Positions 54,086-64,000 of a stretch of 64,000 nt of DNA are shown one piece after another. A program made the position numbers and the translations under genes. This DNA is from Phoronis australis (Eukaryota > Animalia > Phoronida). The stretch spans positions 260,445 to 324,444 of the forward strand of contig NMRA01000091.1 of NCBI GenBank assembly GCA_002633005.1. The letters run 5' to 3'. The notes under the pieces are model-generated. The model saw nothing but the letters and a program-made list of their open reading frames with translations, was not told the DNA's origin and searched no databases. How positions within the stretch are numbered: position 1 is the stretch's first letter; each line of letters starts with the position of its first letter.

Positions 54086-54882
54086 GAACATATCCATGAA
54101 TATCTGTCGAGATTCTCTGGAGCTTCCCTCGCCAGGTGCCATTTTGAGGAAGTTATGGGAAATTACACCAGTTCACGAACAAAAAGTCAGAGGGACGCCA
54201 ATCCCTCCAGATATCTTCACGTGCTACTTTTTTGCAAGAGACAGCCTCCAGGTCATGTGCTCTCAATTGAATACTTTCTGGCTATTGCCGGCACTGAAAA
54301 GTTAACAGCGACAAAAAAATGAACAAGGAATTCTTCGCTTAAGTCATCTTAGTTACCATAGACATGTTTCATGGAGGATATGAATTGAGCCAGGAAGAAC
54401 TGCTGAAGTAAGCGCCTTTTAAGTGATAATTTTAAGACAGTGTAAAATGTACTCTTGACAAGGTGAAAACCACGTAATCGATGACCGCAATTGGCCTGCC
54501 ACCCGTTAAAAATACACGACATGACATTAAAACAGAGACCAATGGGGAGTATTGTAGCCACTAGCCAGCCAGCCGAGGGGCTACTTGTTGCCTAGTCTTG
54601 GTGCACACAGTATGTACAGCTTTACACAGATGTGCATAAAAAATGAATAAATAAAATCAGACACAAAATTATGGTCATTAAAAACTACAATCTTCCTTGA
54701 GTAAACTACGTAGATTATTTACCGGTGTTAAAAATATTGGCGTTCTATCGTTACTCTGTTGCTTAAGTTGCGGAGTAATCTATGCGTCAGCTTTGGGCGC
54801 CATGAAATAAAACGTCACCCATTGGCCAATTTCTTTTTTCACCAGTTCTTCAATAAACTGTTCTTCTTCCATGAGGCTGCAT

Positions 54883-57189
54883 TGATATAACAATTTCGGA
54901 AAATGTAACAACTATTACATTTTATGTCATTGTTACATTTTAGGTTGTGAAGCCTCTCCTAAAATGTAACAAGTTGTTACATTTTACCATAGTACACATG
55001 GAGAAATGTACCATTGTTACATTTTACGAAACCAACGTCATATTACAAAGAAAATGACCAAAACCAAGAACAAGTGCCATCTGATACGGCCATTCAGAGA
55101 CTAATTTTGTGTAAAAAATCACATTTTCGCATAGTTCTGCTCCAGAAATTCAGAAAAGTTACCCTTTTAGATAGTATTTTGTCGAAAATGGCAACATTTT
55201 GGAGTATAATTTTTGCTGTGAAAACGCACCCTTTTGGGCGGCACTTTTCGTATACGTCTTCCATAAGAATGCCCTCCAGCCTGACACAGCATGAATCAGA
55301 CTGGCTACACATTATCATTTTTATTACTATTACATTACTATTACATTACTATTACTGCTCTTACTACCATTGCTACTATTACTGCTGTTATCACTATTAC
55401 TTCTTTCACTACTATTACTCGTTATCAATATCGGTATCATTATCTATTACTAATAATTTTGAATTTATTTAACGACACAGTGCAATATTCGCAATACATG
55501 TTTTAGCAAAGTGCTAATACATCAAGGTCCTCACGTATATTAAAATAATTCCATTTATGGTTCAATGTTCTCACCGGGCTTCCCATAATGGACAGTGAGT
55601 GCTACTTCAAAAACATTTTAAAGGGGTTTCCTATGTTCAGCCTTAATGATATTGTGAGAAACGTCTTGACATCTGTGGATGTAGAGTAGGCCTACTTTTT
55701 GGAAACGAGGAGGTTGAGATTTAAAATCTTCTTTAGATGTGTGCTTCTTCAAAAATTATTATTTCTGAACTATCGAACTACAATGTATCAAAAGGGTTAA
55801 TATACCAAATTCTCTTATCTGCCTATAACCAGCGTGTTGTTGACAGCGAGCTGAAACACAAAAAATGACGCCTCATGAGGCACGTAGCTTCAGACATCCA
55901 TGAATACTAGAATGTCCAATCTCTACCTTGTTATATATGTGCTTCGGACTAACGAACATTAACAATCTAGCAATTTTAATTGATATTTTATCTTAAAAGA
56001 TAATAGAGAAAGTTAATGTTTTTGTAGTCCGAAAGGCCGACAGTCAACTTTTTTCGGACTACTGCCCCTATAAACTATCGACCTAGACCTGGTTTGAGCA
56101 AAGTGATCATGTCCTTTCATAGTGCCAAAATATTTTCTATTTCCCTAGCTAGGCCTCACATTTTTACATATACATGTCACGGTTTGATCTGTTGTTACCA
56201 CCAGTATTTCAGACAGGTTTGACATCATAGGGACAATGATATTTCTTTCAGCTTTAAGCTATTTAAAACACGTTACTATGCCGCCACTTTTTAAACTATT
56301 GGCTCGTCCTTCTCAAAGGCGATCTTTTGCTGTTGCCCTGCCAAAGTCTGGCATCCTCTCCGGAAATAAATGCGTGCTTATATTTCCTTCCACCACAATG
56401 TCTAAGAAATTGTCATTCGTAACTAAGGCGGTAGACAGAACCCACCGGCATCAGAAACTTTGGTGTAGCTCCTTTTGTGCGGAGCATTAGTGATGACTGC
56501 AAGGCAACAAAACATTGGCTGAAATAAATCAAAATATGGTAGACTACAATGGGTGTTTTCTCTATCAAATTGGATTCCGAAATTGAATTCTCCGTGAAAA
56601 AAATTGTTATTGTCATTTGTTTAAGAAGAAATACGATAAATATTAGCCAAAATACGATGTCATCATTTGTGTTGTGCTGGATAAGGGACGTGTGTTTACT
56701 GTAATGCCGGATACACAATTAGTTTATGACCTGTGAGCGCCAACAAAAACTTGCAAGGATTCTTAAACAACAAAAACTTGTTACCTGATCCTGGAAACAC
56801 CTTTCGTCTGGAGTTTAAACTGTACAGTGTGCAGTTTTAACTATACCAAGAAACTAATCGTGTTAAAAAACAATGGAAAGTATATAGGGACACATCTAAA
56901 ACTTTGAGCTGGCACATTTGACAGAATTTCATTCAAACAATCCAAGAAAGAAGGCGTTAAGTGTGTGAACAGTTTTCTTCCGTGCAAACTCGTGAAATAT
57001 GACGTCCCTTTCGTAAAACGTAACAATGGTACATTTCTAGCATATGCATTCACCCTAAATTGTACCAGTTGCATAAATTGTAACACCTAGTTACAATTTA
57101 TGAGAGGCCTAGCAACCTAAAATGTAACAATGATGTAAAGTGTAACAGTTGTTACATTTTACAAAATTGTTACATTTTACAGAGTATCA
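54883..57189. mobile_element. 2.3-kb non-autonomous element with ~110-bp TIRs
   Basis: TGATA...TATCA termini, TIRs built of AAAATGTAACAA motifs, 6-bp TSD CTGCAT; interrupts a family C repeat. Confidence 0.8.
55315..55455 (+). repeat. Degenerate (TAY)n low-complexity tract
   Basis: TAT/TAC triplet runs. Confidence 0.8.
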
Positions 57190-57622
57190 CTGCATACATG
57201 TCTCAACCAATTATCAGAAGTGGTTTTATTTCGTTATAAGTTTTTAGTATTTTAATACTACCAAATTGGATTTCAGTGCAATTTGCTGCTGCGAAGCTCT
57301 CATCATCTCTCGAGAAATATCGCAAAAAATTGCTTGTTGTGACACCTATGCAACCTCATAGAAGAAGAATAGTTGATTGGAGAATCGGCAAAAAAGAAAC
57401 TGGCCAATAGGTGACGCTATATTTCATGGGGCTAAAAGCCGACGCATCGCACCACGACAATTAACTTTAGCAGCAGAATAACGGTGAAATGCCAATTTTT
57501 CTAACATCGATACATATTTTTGTTTACTCAAGGAAGATTGTAGTTTTTAATTACAATTAACATTTTATTTGGCCAGTTTTTCACCCACATCCACGCAAAG
57601 CTGAAAATTTAGACACAGCTTT

Positions 57623-58316
57623 GGGCACTAGTCGGATATAATGGACCGTAACTTATTCCAAATAAATCCACTAAATGTAGGTCTAAATGAATGATTTTGG
57701 TATCGTTGCATTCCTCAGACATCTGGCTCTCCGTACAAATGCTTTTCATGACCCTCAATTACTCTAGTCTATAACTACGCTGTTCCGAACTCGGTCCACT
57801 TTAGCCACGCACATCGTGAAATCGGCAGCCATTTCAGGGAACTTACTTTATCTAGCGATATCTATCGGCGATTTGCTACAACACACACTGTTCCTTTTTC
57901 ATCAGTCAACGTCATTGGTTGATTTCGTCAATTATTAACGACAATCGTTATTAATCATCGCACGTCTGCTCTCGTCATCACCTTCGTCGTCTCTCTCACG
58001 ATCGTATCTGTCATCATCATGTTATCGTCGCCCATGTTGACTGATGAAAAAGGAACAGCGCGTGTTGTAGCAAATCGCCGATAGATGGCGCTAGATATAG
58101 TAAGTTCCCTGAAATGGCTGCCGATTTCACGATGCGCGTGGCTAAAGTGGACCAAGTTCAGAATGGCGTAGTTATAGATTAGAGTAATTGAGGGTCGTGA
58201 AAAGGATTTGTACGGATAGCCAGATGTCTGAGGAATGCAGCGATACATTCATTTAGACCTACATTTAGTGGATTTATTTGGAATAAGTTAGGGTCCATTA
58301 TATCCGACTAGTGCCC
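57623..58316. mobile_element. ~700-bp foldback element with ~270-290-bp arms
   Basis: GGGCACTAGTCGGATATAATGGACC... / ...GGTCCATTATATCCGACTAGTGCCC; 6-bp TSD AGCTTT. Confidence 0.9.
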
Positions 58317-58993
58317 AGCTTTGAACCAAGGTTTCGTGTTTCTTTTCATATTGCGGGTAGCAAAAAAGTCTTGCCTGGTGCTCAAACCACATGTATATTA
58401 TCGTTGAGCAGCAGAATAAACTTACAACTATAATATTTTTAACACTCGATATCTATATGCTTTATTTAGTAAAGGAAAAGCGTAGTTTTTTTAAACTTAA
58501 AGGCACTAATTTGCGTCGGATTTCATTCAGTTCGTACAAAGCCAAAGGCAAATGGACCAACTAAAAAACGAATCCCAAAATCAAAGAAATTTTATAGCAC
58601 CTTTCCACAATTGAAAGAAGTGCAAAGGAAGATTTTACACCTAATGGACACAATTTACAAACAGGAACGCAAAGTTAAGCTACATAGTTTCGTACCGCCG
58701 CTAACGAGATCAGCACACACCGTCACTACCCAACCTACCTTCCGACACCTTACTGAGTAGTACGTCATAGAAAATTGTACTTCAGACAAGTACATTTTAA
58801 TAGGGGTTGTATACATAATTTCGAAAGGAAAGCTTCGTAAATTAGTTAACAAGAAGTTAATCTAGTAGAATAATTGCAACTATATACGCTATTTATTACA
58901 AATACATCTCATAAACGAGTTTAAAAAATCGTAAGCTGCTCTTTTCCATTGTCTTTCACCACTCTTTTTCCCCTTGGATTGAACTCATGCGAG

Positions 58994-59042
58994 TTTCCCA
59001 CAATTCCCAGTCTGAGTTGTGGTTGAGTTGGTCTGGGAAAGG
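58994..59042. promoter_or_regulatory. Putative bidirectional promoter core with ZNF143/Staf-like sites
   Basis: TTTCCCACAATTCCCAG and an inverted TCTGGGAAA between the divergently oriented INPP1 and CDK12-like genes. Confidence 0.4.
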
Positions 59043-59721
59043 AATATTTGCTTAAAAAATCCTTTTTAATCGGCAGTTTCAGAGAAAAATATTACACTTT
59101 TCATTTTGAAAGTAAACGCCAGGACGAATTTTTGACATACTCTTGATACTTTTATTATCATCAGTCCAAAGACTTGTTTTATATTTAAGAATTTTGCTCG
59201 TTGGAAGAACGACCATTTGCAATTGCATTTTTCTTCAGAGAAACACTGTCGCCGCCGGAGTCAGGCCCTGGCCGCTATGTTCGCTTGCAGGTGCTATTCA
59301 AGAATGAAGTAGGAGCAGTTCTAAGGAATTGAGAACATTTTTCGGATCAAGATGATGTCGCCTTGACCACAATATCTGTCCTGAAGAACAAGGAAAGCTA
59401 GAGGTTACGTGGTAAGTACAATTCCGCCACCTGGCGATTGTGTCACGTACTTCAATAAATGTTCAAGTGGGGCATGTGACTGAACTTGGAAAATTTGTTG
59501 GATTTCAATTGTCTTATTTTCTCTTCTTAAAAAGTTAAGTTCATCATTTCAGATTTTCCAAGAAAAGTCACAGAGCCAAATGCATAAAAACTTAATGTGG
59601 CAACACTGACTTTTCACATTTTTCTTGTAAATTACCCTGTTTTTTCATAACTTCAATGTGATTTTTTGTATTTCAGACTTCTTTAACATGATGTCGCAGA
59701 GAGTTTAGCAACAATCTTACA

Positions 59722-60413
59722 ATGCCAAGACCACCCTATGTACCAAGAGATTCCCGTCTCGGGAAATTGAACTTCAGGCGAAGTGTGGGGTCAATTGGAC
59801 TTAATGATGATTATGTTGACCCAGAATATGATGCTAGGACTTATGCTAACTCTCACAAAGACCGTGAAAGTGGCAAGCACCGTGATCATGAAAAACGCGA
59901 ACGAAAGCATAAGAAATCCAAGAAAAAACACTCGCAAAAACGTGACAAGGAGTCGAAGGATAAAGCAAAGACCAAGTCATTGGTGGAGTACGATAGCTTA
60001 AGCTCCAGTGAAGAATTCCATGCTCAGTCCCCATCACCTGCACCAAGTCGAATCGAGCCAGATGGGGATAGGCGTAATGTACGAGCTGCATCGCCCGGTA
60101 CTGCCATAAAGCAGTATCAGCGATTCGTGGACAGTCGAGGTAATTCCCCAAGCTTATACCCAAAGCTGAGCAAGACACCAGAACGGCAACACAAGCAGCG
60201 TAGTTCAAAAGATGGCGCACGCAACAACAAAGAGACTGTGCCTCCGAAACAAGAGGCAGCACCTAAAGTCAATCCGCCAAAAGCATATGCTGACCCACCA
60301 AAAGCATACATGGTGGGCAGCGATGATCGCATGAACAGCCCGAAGCGTCGACTTCGATCTCCCAGTCCAGGCTATGGGAAACGTCGAAAGTCTAGGTCAG
60401 CCAGTCCGTACAG
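59722..60413 (+). CDS. CDK12: CDK12/CDK13-like kinase, first coding exon (K/R/S-rich N-terminus); gene continues beyond the window
   Basis: K/H-rich tract, LVEYDSLSS (cf. LVEYDDISS of CDK12), PPKAY repeats, RS/SP dipeptides; tttcag acceptor at 59676, CAG|GTATGG donor at 60413/60414. The kinase domain is not in the window. Confidence 0.7.
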
Positions 60414-61552
60414 GTATGGTGATGGGAAGGGTGTAGAATAATATGTTAAGTTATTTTGAGGTTATGCATGCAACTTTTCTAAAAAAGAAAGAAATTATCT
60501 TTTTCCTGATGTGAGAGTCATATTAGTTGTTAATATGGTACTTACATGAGCAAACTTGTGTAAAAACAACTCGGATAATTGAGTCCATGGTTTTGTTCAC
60601 TATCTTTGAAAGTTGAATTTGGTTTTAGTAAACAAATCAATTCAAGTGCGTTTTCCATTTAAGTGAACAGGAGTAAGTCTTGTTAAAACCAATATTTTTC
60701 GGCAGATATGGGCAGGATTGCCAAAAGGTTGCAATTATGCCTTTCCCGATTTTTTCAGGATTGTCACAAACTCCTGTTTTCTTCCTGACAACCCCCTGTG
60801 CTCAGTTTCAGAACTTATTATAAGATGATAGTGTTCACAGTAAAACTGATACTTACACAAGTTTACTTTTTCACAGTATTTATACTGTTTGTTAGACCTC
60901 AAAACAAAGAAAATGAAAGTTTTTAAATTATTTCAAGTGAATCTTATCGTTACATTCGCAAGTTATCACTATCACCAATCAGCTCGACAGCCGAGATCTG
61001 AATGATAGAAACTAACTTTGTGTATCCAAATAACGCTGCACTAACTGCAACATTTGCGCGATAATGGAATAAAAGTAGGATCTGCTCTGTTTTCACTATT
61101 TTCTTGTTATTTTAAGAAAAATATTTTATTGCCGTATGTCTGTGGAATACAAAATTGTGTTTGTTTACCCTAGTTCACTACTGCACTCTAGCTATAGATG
61201 CTCGTAGACTCGTGTATTGATGCACTTTAGCTTTAAAAGATCACCAGATGTTTTTGATTTGAGTATTACTTTATAATGAAATTACATACCTCTTTAATCC
61301 TCATCCTTCATATAGTTAGGTGGCCTGGTGGTTTTTAAATGCTCTGCATCCCGTCTGTTGTGTCAAGGTCATGCTTCACCTGTTTGGCACACAATGGGAC
61401 GTGATAAGAAATTTTGTATTCCCAAATTGAAATTTCTCATCAAAAATAAGGATTGAGAAAATTCTAAGTTTATTTTTAGCTGGGTATGTAAAATATAAGA
61501 GGTAGTGTCATAAAACTACATTGGACAAGTTTCCTTATTTGCGAAGTAACCA

Positions 61553-61705
61553 GCCTCCCGTTCAGTAACGCTAGGACCTCGCTAAAAAGCAAGACTTCAC
61601 GAGATTACGTGAGATATTGCCGTGTATTTTAAATAAGAACACGTGACTTTGACTAGATTTTAGCTAGGTCCTAGCGTAGGTCCTAGCATCTACTGAACGC
61701 ACGCC
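61553..61705 (+). mobile_element. Family B copy in CDK12-like intron
   Basis: Near identical to 231-383. Confidence 0.8.
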
Positions 61706-62913
61706 AGCTCTTTTTTAAGGCATGTAAATATGTCAATTTTGTCGATTACTTTTATGCAAAATAAGTAGTGAATAACTGTAATGTGTTTACTTAACTGACT
61801 ACTGCTTTTCTTCCGAAAAGGCTATTTAAGAAAAGAATGCTCTACAGGCAACAAACACGGCACAGGTTTTTCCTTTTAGTTTAATTAATTGTTCAGTCAT
61901 TTCAGTATTTCGTTTCTGTTTTACGCCATGATTTGCAAATAGTTAGTCCAATGGATGGTTAACTGGGTTGCATTTCGCAGACGAAAGAATCTCGTGAAAG
62001 TGCAAGATTGCGAAAGACTCCACGACACATCACCATGTGTCACAAACAAAGCATATTAGCTTTTTTCATGAGTGTCTTAGGTCTACAGAATGTTGCCCAG
62101 TGCTTCTGAAGTTCAAAAAGATGTGAAGTACAGTCGAGTCTTCCCTCGGGGAAACTAGGTCGCAAGCTCGTCGCATAGATATCGGTAGATAGGCGTATCC
62201 ATTGATCACTTTGTTTTTCTTATAATAAAGATAATGGTAACCATTTATTGGTAACCGGCTGATGTGCGCCCATGGTACGATATCCATGCGACCTGCATTG
62301 TTATATCCAACAAAAACGTAACAAAGGAAAACAATGGTAGCCTCCCATAGGCACTAACCATGTGACATGCTTACGCCGGTCTCATGGATCTCGCAAGTTA
62401 AGCAATAGCTTGCGAAATCCATACGACGTCATTCGGCATGGGTTGTTATCACAGACATTCAAGTACCTTCAAAATCTCCATGTTATAGCGCTAGTTTATT
62501 GTAATCAGAGAAGACCTATAGGTCATTTGCATTCTTGACTCCATTTGTAAACTCCTATTGCAACAGGCTTTCTCGAATGCTCACATTTTTCGCATTCGCC
62601 ATTTGACTTATTGCGTTACCTGTTTTCCCCAGTTTTGCAAGCTTGACTTGCATTTTCCTTCGTATACTTTTCTTGGTATTCTATTTTCTTTTGAGACTAA
62701 ACTCTGAAAATCTTGATGGCAGAACTCCGCATCAAATTCTGAGGTTGAATAAGTTATCTCGCCAGTCGCCTCTGACTTAAGCAATTTGTGAACTAATTGG
62801 TTTCGTTTTCCTAACATACTGACCCAGTGCTGATGGTCACTGGGGACGGGAAATTTTGAATGTTTTATCGCTTTCAATGATTGTGAGTTTTGTGACTAGT
62901 AGTACCAAAATAT

Positions 62914-63167
62914 AAATGCATCTGTAATATCACGACCCAAAATGCATCTGTAATATCATGACCCAAAATGCATCTGTAATATCACGACCCAGAATGCAAC
63001 TGCAATATCATGACCCAAAATGCAACTGTAATATCATGACCCAAAATGCATCTGTAATATCACGATCCAAAATGCATGTGTAGTATCACGACCCAAAATG
63101 CATCTGTTATACCATGACCCAAAGTGCATCTGTTATACCATGACCCAAAGTGCATCTGTAATATCAC
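62914..63167 (+). repeat. 26-bp minisatellite, ~9-10 copies
   Basis: Unit AAAATGCATCTGTAATATCAYGACCC. Confidence 0.92.
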
Positions 63168-64000
63168 CACTTGTACAGTGTATCACTGTTAACATTCTAC
63201 ACTGTAACCAGTATCGACTGTAGGCATCCTGTGGGAACTACGGACAAGTTATACTTCCTGTATCTAATACAGGCAGCCATAACATTTGTGCTTGACTGTC
63301 TTAAAGCACGGATGAATTGTTATGAGAGTGAGCGTTCAAGAACTAAACTTTTAATTTAGACCACTTGCCCCTATAAATGTGGTCTCAAACTTGTCACTTA
63401 CTCAAATGAAAAGGGATTTCTGTGCTTGGATTGAACTGGCAGCGTATTGTTGCGCGAGATCATTCTCAGTGTGTAAAACGACCTGCCGTGACTACTTGTT
63501 CAGCATGGTGTCCTCCATTATAATTTACTGTCAGGTGATTTCAAACCAAAAATCGCCTGGAGCAAGGTGAGACCAATTTTGTAGCTGTCTAACCTTAATG
63601 TGTCCAAGTTTCCCCCACTGCTGGCGCCTCACATTCCTTTCGAACCTTTCACCGCCTCTTTCCTCTCAAAACCCAGGTGAAACACTCATGCAGGTGTCAC
63701 ATATCTAAGCTCAATGCAAGTGACGAGCTACCAGCTCAGCTGGCTGCCTCAAATTACAGCTGAGCACATAACTCATGTGAAGGCATTAACGACTGAATGA
63801 ACTACTGGCTAGATCATTCAGTTGTCTGGGTGGTAGGTAGCTATGTGCTCAGTTAACTTTCATTTTGAGGCTTCCAGCTGTGTTCATGGCTCTCCTTTGG
63901 CACTGAGATTTGTATTTGACAGATGTCTGTAAAGTTATAAAATCGATTTTCCTGAATTTAAAATTCCATTCCTATGGGTGACTTTTCATACTCTGGCAGT

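Noticed and set aside
55014-55472. 152-aa ORF with Tyr/His/Cys-rich tail
   Set aside because: The tail is translation of a (TAY)n low-complexity tract inside a non-autonomous element
59351-59384. C/D box snoRNA (ATGATG...CTGA)
   Set aside because: Box C is imperfect, the span is too short and there is no terminal stem
59846-60332. Minus-strand ORFs of 138 aa and 71 aa
   Set aside because: Shadows of the CDK12-like exon

Overview
Eukaryotic (metazoan, probably marine invertebrate/lophotrochozoan-like; inference) genomic DNA with spliceosomal introns, two N-gaps and several single-N joins. Three host genes are supported. (1) A complete 3-exon alpha-tubulin on the minus strand (ATG 21600-21602, 20889-21111, 17044-18173; 451 aa). 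(2) A complete inositol polyphosphate 1-phosphatase (INPP1-like) CDS on the minus strand in 6 coding exons from 50915 to 28296 (about 392 aa). Its second coding exon occurs twice inside a ~2.4-2.9 kb tandem duplication joined at a single N, most likely two haplotypes. (3) The first coding exon of a CDK12/13-like gene on the plus strand (59722-60413), head-to-head with INPP1. The rest is a dense transposon landscape: several unrelated CA...TG MITE families with 5-bp TSDs (one carrying an internal tRNA-like Pol III cassette), elements with 6-bp TSDs nested in a host repeat, TTAA (Kolobok-like) MITEs, Helentron-like (HINE) elements whose internal repeats carry CTCF-like motifs, relics of HERO-like, Gypsy, Penelope and L1/Tx1-like retroelements, and mini/microsatellites. 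I found no prokaryotic-type system (CRISPR etc.). All coordinates and alignments were read by eye; superfamily assignments are inferences.
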